A stretch of DNA of 64,000 bases from Candidatus Limnocylindria bacterium (lineage in GTDB: Bacteria > Chloroflexota > Limnocylindria > QHBO01), in assembly GCA_035708065.1 (NCBI GenBank), contig DASSTC010000049.1:1694-65693 (forward strand), given 5' to 3'. Both the position numbers and the translations under genes were made by a program. The notes below the pieces were generated by a model. The model did not search any database. It was not told the origin of the DNA and worked only from the letters and a program-made list of their open reading frames with translations. Within the stretch, counting starts at the first letter, position 1, and the number at the start of each line of letters is the position of its first letter. Below are positions 10,060 to 19,466 of the stretch, one piece after another.

Positions 10060-12554
10060 GGACCGATGCTACCCGCAAGCGGCAGCAGCCGGGCGAGTGC
10101 CCGTGCCGGCCGGCTCGGATCACGCGCGACCCGGCTGACCACCTCGTACGAGCGGCCGTCGCTTATCACCTCCACGCTGCCCTCCAGGTCCGTGCGCCGC
10201 ACACGGGTCCCGGCGGCGGCGAGCGCAACCAGCGTCTCGCGGCTCGGATGGCCGTACTCGTTGTCGACGCCGTCCGAGATGAGCGCGACGACCGGACGCG
10301 CACCGGCGAGCATCGGCGGCGAGGTCGAGGAATGCGAGCCGTGGTGACCGACCTTCAGCACGTCGACCGGTGCGACCAGGCCGCGCTCGGCAAGCCGCGC
10401 CTCGACCGGCGCCTCGGCGTCGCCGGTGAGCAGGGCGCTGAATGCGCCGAACTCCAGGCGGGCGACCACCGACGCATTGTTGATGTCCTCGTCGGGCAGC
10501 GGCCCGGTGGCATCGGCCTGGGTGGGGTACAGGACGAGGATCGACGTCCGAGTGTCGAGCGCGAGGCGCTGCCCTGCGCGTGCCTCGCGCAGCCGTGGCC
10601 CGGCGAGCTCGAGGAAGCGCGCGTACGACGGGTTGCCGAACGCGCGCCCCGAATCGAGCACGACGCCGACACGGTAGCGACGCAGCACCTCGACCAGGCC
10701 GGCCACGTGGTCCTGGTGCGGGTGCGTCAGCAGCACGACATCGATCTGCCGCTGGAAGAACGGCAGTGCCTCGCCCATCCGGCCGAGCGTCAGATCGGGA
10801 TCTGGTCCGCCGTCGATGAGCAGCGTCCGACCGGTCGGACCCTCGATCAATATCGCGTCTCCCTGCCCGACGTCGAGCATGGTGAGGTGCAGCCGGCCGT
10901 CGGGCAGGGAGGCGAGCGTCAGTGCGCCGAGCAGCAGCGTGCTGAGCGCGAGCAGGCCTCGCGGGCGAGCGAGCGCGCGCAGCAGCGCGGGCATAGGCCT
11001 GGGCTCGCCGGTCGGGGTGGCGAGTTCGAGTGCCTGGAGCGGATCGGGCACCGCCGTCGAGTGGCGTGAACGCAGCGACACTGTGGCCAGCAGCGGGTAC
11101 CACAGGAATGCCAGCCAGCCGGGCGCCGTGAGCGGGACCGATGCGAACGGCACTGCCGCAGCAGCCTTGCCGGCGAGCACCATGAGGTGCAGGTAAAGCC
11201 AGGCGCTGCCGCCGGCCAGCCAGGTGGCCGTATCACCGAGCAGCGGGACGTGGAGCGCGGCGTCGATTGCACCGATCGGCGCGCACACGGCGCAACACAG
11301 CATCACCAGCGGGACGAGCGGCACGACGACCACGTTGGCGAGGGGCGCGACAAGCGACAGGCGTTCGAAGTTCAGCAGGATCACCGGCAGGGTGGTCAGC
11401 TGCGCGGCGAGGGTCAGCGCCACCGGCTCGCGGAGGAACGTCGGCAGCCGCCGCAGCCGCGCCTCGACCGTGGCGCCGAACCAGATCAGTCCGCCCGTCG
11501 CCAGCAGCGACAGCTGGAAGCCAACGTCCCACAGCACCGGTGGCGCGGCGAGCAGCATCACCAGCGCCGCGAGCAGCAGCGCGCCGGCGGCGTGCGCCCG
11601 CGAGCCGCCGAGGCGCGCGATGAGCATGGCGGCCGCCATCAGCGCCGCCCGCACGACCGACGGGCTGGATCCGGTGAGGACGACGTAGCCGGCGATCGCG
11701 CTGACCGTGGCGACCGGCACGATCCAGCGTCCGCCGGGGCGCCGGCCGAGCGGACGCAGCGCCGCCGCCACGAGCGCCGCGACGATGGCGATGTTCCAGC
11801 CGGAGATCGCCACCACGTGGGTGAGCCCGGCCGTGGCGAAGGCGTCGCCGATCTCCGGGCTGATGCTGCTGCGCACGCCGAGCAGGATCCCGGCGCCGAG
11901 CGCCGCTTCCGGCTCGGGAACGGTGCGGTTCAGCCCATCGAGCAGCCAGCGCCGAACCGCGTTCGCGATCTCTGCGCCGGGACCCAGCCGGTGGCCGACC
12001 ACTGTCGCGTCGTAGGCACGCGCAATGGCGCCGATGCCCTGGCGAGCGAGGTAGGCACGATAGGCAAAGCCATCGAAGTCGCGCGGTTCGTCGAGCGCGG
12101 CGCGCAGCGCGATCCGGTCGCCCGCGCTTGCCTCGGTCGATCGCGGCAGCCAGACGAGCACGCGTCCCTTCGCCGGTTGCGGTGCGTTGTCGCGGGTCGC
12201 TGCCGTGATCTCGTCGAGGATGAGCTGCGCGCGTTCGCCCTTCGGGCGCGGCTCCTCGACGAGCGTGCCGCTCAGTCGCCACTCGGTCGAGCCGACCAGG
12301 GAGCCGACGCTTCCCGGGCCGGTGGGCAGGCCCGCCGCCGCGCCGCGCCACGCGCCCAGCCCGAGGCCCACCGCCAGCGCGGCACACACGACAAGGATTC
12401 CGGCGCGGCTGGCACGCGCCGCGGCCGCCAGGAGCGCGGCGCCGGCCAGCAGGGCCGGCGTGACCGCGGCCGAGAGCAGGCCGGCGTCGGCCAGCAGGAT
12501 GCCGGTCGCCATGGCGGCGACGACGCCCGGCAGCACCAGCGCCGAGGGCACCAC
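9816..12554 (-). CDS. comEC: DNA internalization competence protein ComEC/Rec2 (membrane competence domain plus metallo-beta-lactamase domain)
   Basis: Multi-TM N-terminal region, MBL motif LLTHPHQDHVAGL, VLKVGHHGSHSST. The conserved domain ends ~100 codons before the stop, and the low-complexity tail overlaps the HD gene by ~243 nt (the 3' boundary is doubtful). Confidence 0.8.
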   Translation of the reverse strand: MVPSALVLPGVVAAMATGILLADAGLLSAAVTPALLAGAALLAAAARASRAGILVVCAALAVGLGLGAWRGAAAGLPTGPGSVGSLVGSTEWRLSGTLVEEPRPKGERAQLILDEITAATRDNAPQPAKGRVLVWLPRSTEASAGDRIALRAALDEPRDFDGFAYRAYLARQGIGAIARAYDATVVGHRLGPGAEIANAVRRWLLDGLNRTVPEPEAALGAGILLGVRSSISPEIGDAFATAGLTHVVAISGWNIAIVAALVAAALRPLGRRPGGRWIVPVATVSAIAGYVVLTGSSPSVVRAALMAAAMLIARLGGSRAHAAGALLLAALVMLLAAPPVLWDVGFQLSLLATGGLIWFGATVEARLRRLPTFLREPVALTLAAQLTTLPVILLNFERLSLVAPLANVVVVPLVPLVMLCCAVCAPIGAIDAALHVPLLGDTATWLAGGSAWLYLHLMVLAGKAAAAVPFASVPLTAPGWLAFLWYPLLATVSLRSRHSTAVPDPLQALELATPTGEPRPMPALLRALARPRGLLALSTLLLGALTLASLPDGRLHLTMLDVGQGDAILIEGPTGRTLLIDGGPDPDLTLGRMGEALPFFQRQIDVVLLTHPHQDHVAGLVEVLRRYRVGVVLDSGRAFGNPSYARFLELAGPRLREARAGQRLALDTRTSILVLYPTQADATGPLPDEDINNASVVARLEFGAFSALLTGDAEAPVEARLAERGLVAPVDVLKVGHHGSHSSTSPPMLAGARPVVALISDGVDNEYGHPSRETLVALAAAGTRVRRTDLEGSVEVISDGRSYEVVSRVARDPSRPARALARLLPLAGSIGPWPFPDSTTPARSLPATSFPRASSATRRACAASRRRPRGWCFTPGSRSTCASSRSPPCSTTSTSREREPRVSLTASSAPAG

Positions 12555-12577
12555 GATTATCGCCCTGACGCTCGACC

Positions 12578-13189
12578 TCAGACCGTCACGAGGTCGCGGA
12601 TCTTGTCCAGCTGGCCGTTGTTCAGCACCTTGCGCTCGACGAGCTCCTCGAGCGTCGCGAATGGCTGCTCCTGCCGGGCGGCGACGATCTTCTGCACGGT
12701 GACCGGACCGATGCCCGGCAGGGCGTCGAGCTCCTCCGGCGTCGCGGTGTTGAGGTTCACCGGTCCGCCGCTCGTCGCGCCGCCGGCCGCGGCCGAGCCG
12801 CCCGAGCGCGGCGCCGCGACGCCGACGATCGGCACGTAGATCTGCTGGCCGTCCGTCAGCGGCGCCGCGAGGTTGAGCGCCGCCGCGGCCGCGAGGATGT
12901 CAGCGTCCTTCGAGTAGCCTCCGGCTGCGGCGATCGCGTCGCCGAGGCGGGCCCCGGCCGGCAGCTCGACGATGCCTGGCCGCGCGACGCCGCCCTCGAC
13001 GTCGAGCAGCAGCATCCCTCCGGCTGCCGGGCTCGCGCTGACAGCGGCCGAGGGCGCGAACGCGACGCCATCCGACGGCGCCGGCGCTTCCGCAGTCGTC
13101 GCCGGAGCGACGAGCAGCCAGGCGCTGAGCGCCACGGCGATGAGCGCCGCGCCGGCGGCGCCGAAGAGGAGCTGGTCACGTGGCGCCAT
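12578..13189 (-). CDS. comEA: competence protein ComEA (helix-hairpin-helix DNA-binding)
   Basis: TM anchor, SLBB-like domain (GIVELPAGARLGDAIAAAGG), C-terminal tandem HhH (VNLNTATPEELDALPGIGPVTVQKIV); start taken at the internal ATG (MAPRDQ). Confidence 0.85.
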   Translation of the reverse strand: MAPRDQLLFGAAGAALIAVALSAWLLVAPATTAEAPAPSDGVAFAPSAAVSASPAAGGMLLLDVEGGVARPGIVELPAGARLGDAIAAAGGYSKDADILAAAAALNLAAPLTDGQQIYVPIVGVAAPRSGGSAAAGGATSGGPVNLNTATPEELDALPGIGPVTVQKIVAARQEQPFATLEELVERKVLNNGQLDKIRDLVTV

Positions 13190-13343
13190 GGAGCCTCCGC
13201 TCGGGAGGCGAGCGCGGGACGTGGATCTGCGTCCGGAGCCCGGCGTCCGGGCACTCGACGCCCGGCTCCGGAAGCAGGGCGGCACCATACCGCACCGCCC
13301 ATTACCGCACGCTTACCAGCGGCTCAACGCCGCCGATGGGACG

Positions 13344-15839
13344 TCAGCGAGGCGTCACCACGTTGACGAGCTTGCCAGCGATGTACACCACGCGCGCCGG
13401 CTGTCGTCCCGCGAGGTACCGCTGCACGTGCTCGGACTCGAGTGCCATGCGCTCGATCTCCTCGGCGGGGGTGTCGGGCGTAACCACCAGCCGGTCGCGC
13501 AGCTTGCCGTCGACCTGCACCGGCAGCTCGATCGTCTCGGCCACGGCCAGCGCCGGATCGTAGGCCGGCCACGGCTGCTGGTGGATCGAGTACGGCTGCC
13601 CGCGGCGCGCCCACAGCTCCTCGGTGATGTGCGGTGCCATCGGCGCCAGCAGCAGCAGGAGCGTGTCGACTGCCTCGCCGAACGCCGCCGAGCCGGCGAC
13701 ACCGCTCTCGCGGGCGCGCGTGATCGTGTTGGCCAGCTCCATGAGCTTTGCCAGCGCCGTGTTGAAGCGGAACGCCTCGACGTCCTCGCTCACCTCGGCG
13801 ATGGTGACGTGCGTGGCTCGGCGCAGCGCACGCTCGATCTCGTCGCGTTCGACAGCCACCGGTGCGGAGGCATCGGTCTCGCCGGGCAGCGACATCGACC
13901 ACACGCGGCCCAGGAAGCGATGCACACCGTCGATCCCGGTCGGATTCCATGGCCCACCCTGGTCCCAGGGCCCGATGAACATCAGGAAGCAACGGACGGC
14001 ATCGGCCCCGTAGCGCTCGACCAGCTCGTCGGGGTTGGCGACGTTGCCGCGCGACTTGCTCATGCGCTGGTGGTCGGCGCCCAGGATCTGGCCCTGGTTG
14101 CGCAGCGCGGTAAAGGGCTCGTCGAACGACAGGTGTCCCATGTCGCGCAGCGCCTTGATGAAGAAGCGCGCGTACATCAGGTGCAGGACGGCGTGCTCCG
14201 CGCCGCCGGTGTACAGGTCGACCGGCATCCACATTCGCACGCGGTCGGGGTCCCATGCCTGCGAGTCGTCGTGCGGCGAGCAGTAGCGCAGGAAATACCA
14301 CGAGGAGTCGACGAATGTGTCCATCGTGTCGGTCTCGCGCCGTGCCGGACCACCGCACACCGGACAGCTCGCGGCCAGGAACTCGGCGTCGGACTGCAGC
14401 GGCGAGACGCCCGTCGGCGCGAAGTCGACGTCGTGCGGCAGGGTGACCGGCAGCTCGTCGTCGGGCACCAGCTGCGCGCCATGATCGGGGCAGTACACGA
14501 TCGGGATCGGCGCTCCCCAATAGCGCTGGCGGCTGACCAGCCAGTCGCGCAGCCGATAGCTCACCGCGAACGACCCCAGGCCGATGTCGACGAGCTGCTG
14601 CGTGATCGCGCCGATCGCATCGGTCGCGCGCATGCCGCTGAATTCGCCCGAATTGGTCAGGACTTCGTCTGCCGAGTGGGCGGTGAACGCCTCGCCGTCC
14701 GGCACTTCACCCGAAGGCGGCACGACGACGTAGCGGATCGGCAGGTCGTACGTCCGCGCGAAGGCGAAGTCGCGCTCGTCGTGGGCCGGGACGGCCATGA
14801 TCGCGCCCGTGCCGTAGCCGGGCAGGACGTAGTCGGCGATCCAGATCGGGATCCGCTCGTTGTTCAGCGGGTTGACCGCGTAGGCACCGATGAACACGCC
14901 GGTCTTGTCGCGGTCGGTGCTCATCCGGTCGATCTCGCTCTCGCGACGGGCGGCGACGACGTAGGAGTCGACCGCCTCGCGCTGCGCATCGGTGGTCAGC
15001 ACGTCGACCAGCGGGTGCTCGGGCGCCAGCACCATGAACGTCGCGCCGAAGATCGTGTCCGGCCGGGTGGTGAAGACGCGGATGGGCTCGACCCGATCGG
15101 CCTCGACCGGAAAGTCGATCTCGGCGCCTTCGGATCGACCGATCCAGTTCGTCTGCATCAGCCGGATCGGCTCCGGCCAGTCGATGTCCGAGAAGTCGAG
15201 CAGCTCGTCGGCGTACTTCGTGATGCGGAAGAACCACTGCTCCAGGTCGCGCTTGATGACCGGCGTGCCGCAGCGCCAGCAATGCCGGTCGACACCCTCG
15301 ACCTGCTCGCGCGCCAGGACCACCTGGTCCTTCGGGCACCAGTCGACCGGCGCCATGGCCCGATACGCCAGCCCCGCCTTGAAGAACTGAGCGAACAGCC
15401 ACTGGGTCCAGTGGTAATACGACGGGTCGCTGGTGACGACCTCCCGCGTCCAGTCGAACATGCAGCCCATCGTTCGGAACTGCGCGCGCATGCGCTCGAT
15501 GTTGTTGGCCGTCCAAACCGCCGGGTGGATGCCGCGGTCGATCGCCGCGTTCTCCGCAGGTAGCCCGAAGCTGTCGAAGCCCATGGGGAACATGACGTTG
15601 TCGCCCTGCATCCGGCGCTTGCGCGCCACGATGTCCGGCCCGGTCGCCGCGTACCAGTGACCGATGTGCAGGTCACCCGACGGATACGGATACATCGTCA
15701 GCAGGTACTGCTTGTCACGCGGGTCGTCGTCGCGGGCGCGGTACAGCTGGTCCGCCTCCCAGCGCTCGCGCCACTTCGCCTCGTAGGTCGCGGGGTCGAA
15801 CCGCTCGACGCGCGGTCTCGCCTGGGTGGTGGTGGTCAC
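13344..15839 (-). CDS. leuS: leucyl-tRNA synthetase
   Basis: HIGH (PYPSGDLHIGH), KMSKS (QRMSKSRGN), CP1 editing domain; 831 aa; GTG start after a GGAGG SD. Confidence 0.95.
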   Translation of the reverse strand: MTTTTQARPRVERFDPATYEAKWRERWEADQLYRARDDDPRDKQYLLTMYPYPSGDLHIGHWYAATGPDIVARKRRMQGDNVMFPMGFDSFGLPAENAAIDRGIHPAVWTANNIERMRAQFRTMGCMFDWTREVVTSDPSYYHWTQWLFAQFFKAGLAYRAMAPVDWCPKDQVVLAREQVEGVDRHCWRCGTPVIKRDLEQWFFRITKYADELLDFSDIDWPEPIRLMQTNWIGRSEGAEIDFPVEADRVEPIRVFTTRPDTIFGATFMVLAPEHPLVDVLTTDAQREAVDSYVVAARRESEIDRMSTDRDKTGVFIGAYAVNPLNNERIPIWIADYVLPGYGTGAIMAVPAHDERDFAFARTYDLPIRYVVVPPSGEVPDGEAFTAHSADEVLTNSGEFSGMRATDAIGAITQQLVDIGLGSFAVSYRLRDWLVSRQRYWGAPIPIVYCPDHGAQLVPDDELPVTLPHDVDFAPTGVSPLQSDAEFLAASCPVCGGPARRETDTMDTFVDSSWYFLRYCSPHDDSQAWDPDRVRMWMPVDLYTGGAEHAVLHLMYARFFIKALRDMGHLSFDEPFTALRNQGQILGADHQRMSKSRGNVANPDELVERYGADAVRCFLMFIGPWDQGGPWNPTGIDGVHRFLGRVWSMSLPGETDASAPVAVERDEIERALRRATHVTIAEVSEDVEAFRFNTALAKLMELANTITRARESGVAGSAAFGEAVDTLLLLLAPMAPHITEELWARRGQPYSIHQQPWPAYDPALAVAETIELPVQVDGKLRDRLVVTPDTPAEEIERMALESEHVQRYLAGRQPARVVYIAGKLVNVVTPR

Positions 15840-16399
15840 GCCTCTACCTCCTCATCGGGGAACCAGGCCATCAGCACCTCGTCGCGGAACGTGTTGTTCG
15901 GTCCGCGGTACTGGCGTCGCCGCAGGCCCTCGTGCACGAAGCCGACGTGCTCGTAGACCGCGATCGCGCGCGCGTTGTCCGGAAAGACGCCGAGCGCCAC
16001 CTTCCCGAGGCCGCGCTGCTTCGCCCAGTCCTGGGCAGCGCGCATCAGTGCGGTACCGATGCCGGCGTCGCGCCAGTCATGGGCGACGCAGATCGACAGG
16101 GTGCCCATGTGATCACTCGACGCGCTGCGCTCGACGCCGATGAGCACGTTGCCGACCACGTCGCCCGCGGCCTCGGCGACCAGTGCCAGGCTGCCGTCGC
16201 CGCGGATCATCTCGCCGATGAAGAACGCCTCGGACGGCTCGCTCACCGCGGTCGGCGGCGTGATCAGGTAGCGGCCCTCGGCGCGGACCTCGGCGAACAG
16301 GTGGGCCAGGGCGCGCGCATCGGTCGGGCGGGCAGGACGGAGCGTCCAGGCACGGCCATCCCTGGTCTGCTGTCGCGTCGTGTCGATCGTCGTCATCAT
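15836..16399 (-). CDS. GNAT family N-acetyltransferase
   Basis: 187 aa with acetyl-CoA motif A region (RDAGIGTALMRAAQDWAKQRG); overlaps leuS start by 4 nt. Confidence 0.8.
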   Translation of the reverse strand: MMTTIDTTRQQTRDGRAWTLRPARPTDARALAHLFAEVRAEGRYLITPPTAVSEPSEAFFIGEMIRGDGSLALVAEAAGDVVGNVLIGVERSASSDHMGTLSICVAHDWRDAGIGTALMRAAQDWAKQRGLGKVALGVFPDNARAIAVYEHVGFVHEGLRRRQYRGPNNTFRDEVLMAWFPDEEVEA

Positions 16400-16502
16400 C
16401 GGTGCCCGCCCGTATCGGTCAAACAGAACGCCCCTCCGTCGTCAGGACGAAGGGGCTCTTCGCGGTACCACCTGAGCTTGACCGATGCCTCCGCCGAGGA
16501 GG

Positions 16503-16578
16503 TGGTGGAGCTGGGGGGACTCGAACCCCCGACCCCCTGCATGCCATGCAGGTGCTCTCCCAGCTGAGCTACAACCCC
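16503..16578 (-). tRNA. tRNA-Ala (anticodon GGC)
   Basis: Reverse complement GGGGTTGTAGCTCAGCTGGGAGAGCACCTGCATGGCATGCAGGGGGTCGGGGGTTCGAGTCCCCCCAGCTCCACCA folds as a cloverleaf with the G3:U70 alanine identity pair, anticodon loop AT-GGC-AT, T-loop GGTTCGAGTCC, encoded CCA. Confidence 0.9.
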
Positions 16579-16770
16579 ACGATCGGTCCACTCGTCGGCG
16601 TGGTATCGGGCGCCAATCGGCCGCGTTTGTCACGGCTGCTCGGCGGGCGAGTTCGGCGCTCACGATTGCCGGCTCACACCGTCCCGGCTCGCTGTCGTCA
16701 TCGAGGGCAGCGCCTACTGCTCCCGCGTCATCGCGTTGCCGGCGAGAATAGCACAGGCGCTCGAATCGCC

Positions 16771-17208
16771 TCAATCGGCGGCTTCGATCAGGTCCTTCAG
16801 ACGATCGAGGCTGCGCGTGATGTCGGCTTCCGCGGCCGCCGCGATCATCGACTCCATGAAGCCGGTCAGGCCGGATGCGCGGATCTCCATCGCAAACGTG
16901 ATCCGTGCGCCGTGACCGCGCGGCTTCACCACCAGGCTCGCATCCGCACGCACGCCGCTGACCACCGAGTGCAGCTCCAGCAGGCTCGGTGGGTCGTAGG
17001 CAGTCACCTCGAGCGGCGCCTCGATGTGCTGCCCGAGCAGGTCACGCACGACGAGCGCCTTCGACCCGATGCCGATCGGGCCGTCACTCAGCAGCCGAGC
17101 GCTGCTGATCCCCGACTGCCAGCGGGCGATGTTCTCGAGCGACGAGGCGTAGTCGAAGACCTCCTCGGGGCTGGCGGAGATGGCGATGCTCTGCTCGACG
17201 CGCTTCAC
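16771..17208 (-). CDS. SRPBCC (Bet v1/START-like, polyketide cyclase/dehydrase fold) protein
   Basis: ~146 aa from GTG 17208; VKRVEQSIAISASPEEVFDYASSLENIARWQ typical SRPBCC N-terminus; the longer ORF in the table is an artefact of the open frame. Confidence 0.6.
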   Translation of the reverse strand: MKRVEQSIAISASPEEVFDYASSLENIARWQSGISSARLLSDGPIGIGSKALVVRDLLGQHIEAPLEVTAYDPPSLLELHSVVSGVRADASLVVKPRGHGARITFAMEIRASGLTGFMESMIAAAAEADITRSLDRLKDLIEAAD

Positions 17209-17225
17209 GCTGCGAACCCTAGCGG

Positions 17226-17852
17226 TCAGCGCCCGATCGCGTCGGCGATGCGTCGCAGGTCGGCCACCATGCCGAGGTAGGCCGCATGGCGAGCATCGGC
17301 GTCCGGCGCGCGCAGGATCGACGAGGGATGGACGGTCGCCGCGATCGGCGGCCCGAGCGTTGACGGCAGCACCTCGCCGTGCTGCACGGTCACCCGGAAG
17401 TCGCGGCTGATGAGCGACTGGGCGGCCGTAGCGCCGAGGCACACCACGGCGCGCGGCCGCACCCGCGACAGCTCGGCATCGAGCCACGGCCGGCAGGCGC
17501 GCTGCTCAGCGACATTCGGCTTCTGGTGGATGCGGCGCTTGCCGCGCGGCTTCCACTTGAAGTGCTTCACGACGTTGGTGACGTAGACGCGCCGCCGGTC
17601 GATGCCCGCCTCGTCGAGCGCCCGGTCGAGCATCTCGCCGGCCGGACCGACGAACGGCGAGCCGGTGAGGTCCTCCTTGTCGCCCGGCTGCTCGCCGACG
17701 AGCATGAGCCAGGCACCGGCGTCGCCCTCACCGAACACCGTCTGCGTGGCGTGCTCCCACAGGTCGCAGCCGTGGCACGTGGCGGCGGCATCGCGCAGCT
17801 CGTCGAGCGCGGGCGCGCCGCCGGGCACCGGTGCGGGTGGCCAGTCGGTCAT
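17226..17852 (-). CDS. uracil-DNA glycosylase, family 4 (4Fe-4S type)
   Basis: From ATG 17852: CHGCDLW ... GEGDAGAWLMLVGEQPG ... FVGPAG ... HPSSILR, the canonical family-4 UDG motifs; the upstream 218 codons of the ORF-table entry are an open-frame artefact. Confidence 0.85.
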   Translation of the reverse strand: MTDWPPAPVPGGAPALDELRDAAATCHGCDLWEHATQTVFGEGDAGAWLMLVGEQPGDKEDLTGSPFVGPAGEMLDRALDEAGIDRRRVYVTNVVKHFKWKPRGKRRIHQKPNVAEQRACRPWLDAELSRVRPRAVVCLGATAAQSLISRDFRVTVQHGEVLPSTLGPPIAATVHPSSILRAPDADARHAAYLGMVADLRRIADAIGR

Positions 17853-17978
17853 GGGCCGGCGAGGAGCAGGGGAGATGCCACGGCGGCGCGGGCATCGGTC
17901 CCGATCGCCTTGCGGAGGACGCTGTCGTATGCTTCCGCGGCGCCGCCCGGGCTTGCTGTCGAGACCGGGTTCCGCGAC

Positions 17979-18779
17979 ATGAGGGGTACTTCGCGCGTGG
18001 TTCGACTGATTTCCAGCCTGGCCGTCGTGACGCTGCTGCTGGCAGCCTGCGGTGGCGCATCGGCACCGACGCCGCCGCCGCTCGACGGCAAGCAGATCGT
18101 CACCAAGGGCATGGAGGCGACCGCCAACCTGAAGAGCTTCCACGTCGCCGTGGCGCTCGACGGCGACGTCAAGGTCGAGCAGCTGGGGTCCAGCGCGCTG
18201 AAGCTCAAGGGCACGCAGCTGGACGGCGACATCGACGTCGCGGAGAAGCAGGCGCACCTGACCTTCGCGGCGCCGACGCTGCTCGGGCTGGAGGGGGAGG
18301 TCGTGGCCACCGAGGCGGCGACGTACGTGAAGACCAGCCTGACCGGGCCGAAGTGGCAGAAGCAGGCGAACGACACCGGTCCGCTGCCGAGCGAGGTCCA
18401 GGATCCGACGAAGGCGCTCGATGACCTGAAGGCGTTCCTCGAGAAGGACGGCGTCGCGGTGAAGAAGCTCGACGATATCGCCTGCGGAAGCTCGACCTGC
18501 TACCACGTCGAGGTCACCGTCCCGAGCGAGCTGCTGAACGATGCGACGGCGTCGCCGGGCACCTCGGCATCGGGCGTCCTGACCGAGGACCTCGTGCTCG
18601 ACATGCAGTTCGACCGGACGAAGCTGTACCTCACCTCGGTCTCGACCAGCGTCACCTCCGACCAGGTCGGCGCGCTGCGGGCGACGGTCACCCTCTCGGC
18701 GTTCGACCAGCCGGTGAGCGTGACGGTTCCACCCGACAGCCAGGTCGACACCAGCGGTGGCGGCTTCACCCTCCCGTGA
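17979..18779 (+). CDS. secreted lipoprotein of unknown function (possibly LppX/LprG-like)
   Basis: Signal peptide plus lipobox LLLAACGG; 266 aa; divergent from the UDG operon. Confidence 0.6.
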   Translation: MRGTSRVVRLISSLAVVTLLLAACGGASAPTPPPLDGKQIVTKGMEATANLKSFHVAVALDGDVKVEQLGSSALKLKGTQLDGDIDVAEKQAHLTFAAPTLLGLEGEVVATEAATYVKTSLTGPKWQKQANDTGPLPSEVQDPTKALDDLKAFLEKDGVAVKKLDDIACGSSTCYHVEVTVPSELLNDATASPGTSASGVLTEDLVLDMQFDRTKLYLTSVSTSVTSDQVGALRATVTLSAFDQPVSVTVPPDSQVDTSGGGFTLP

Positions 18780-18790
18780 CTGCCTGACCG

Positions 18791-19360
18791 ATGCGCCCGG
18801 TCCTGGCCTCCCGCCTGCGCGACGCCTCGGTCGACTGCCGGCGGTGGCAGGCGGCTCGCCAGACCGATGCCGGGGGACTGGATGCCGGAGCCGGTGAACG
18901 TCACCGCGCCGAGCTGACGTTCGACGGCGACAAGGGACGCTTCGAGCGCGCGCTCGACCTGGTGATGCGCTACGCCATGTTCCCGGCGTCGTGGCTGATC
19001 CCGACGGTCTGCAGCGACGACGGTCGCCTGGCGCCCGACGTCACCGTGGTGCAGCGCGTGTTCATGGGACCGGTCGGGGTGGAATCGGGCGTGCGGGTGA
19101 TGGACGTCTTCGACGAGGCTGGAGCGGACGCCGGGGAGGGCCGGCGGGCCGGCTTCACGTGCGGCACGCTGCTCGGCCATCCCGAGCGCGGCGTCGAGCG
19201 ATTCATGCTCGTGCTGCACGAAGGGCAGATCACGTTCTCGCTCGAGTCACGATCCGAGCTGGCGACGTGGTACGCGCGCCTGGTGCCGCCGATCGCGCGC
19301 TTCTTCCAGCATCGTGCCGTGGCGGCGGCCATGCGGCACGTCGAGGAGCAGTCTCGCTGA
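18791..19360 (+). CDS. DUF1990-like hypothetical protein
   Basis: 189 aa, coding-like GC3; the family assignment is from memory of DUF1990 proteins and is uncertain. Confidence 0.5.
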   Translation: MRPVLASRLRDASVDCRRWQAARQTDAGGLDAGAGERHRAELTFDGDKGRFERALDLVMRYAMFPASWLIPTVCSDDGRLAPDVTVVQRVFMGPVGVESGVRVMDVFDEAGADAGEGRRAGFTCGTLLGHPERGVERFMLVLHEGQITFSLESRSELATWYARLVPPIARFFQHRAVAAAMRHVEEQSR

Positions 19361-19466
19361 TCCTGCTCACCAATCGATCGCTGCACAGCCCGGGCGAATG
19401 CGTCGTTGGACCCGGTGTTGGGGTGGACGGCATCGGTTCAGCAGGGTCGACACTGCGGTCCGCCCG

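Noticed and set aside
12972-15563. 863-aa ORF antisense to leuS
   Set aside because: No motifs and Arg-rich. leuS on the other strand has HIGH and KMSKS signatures.
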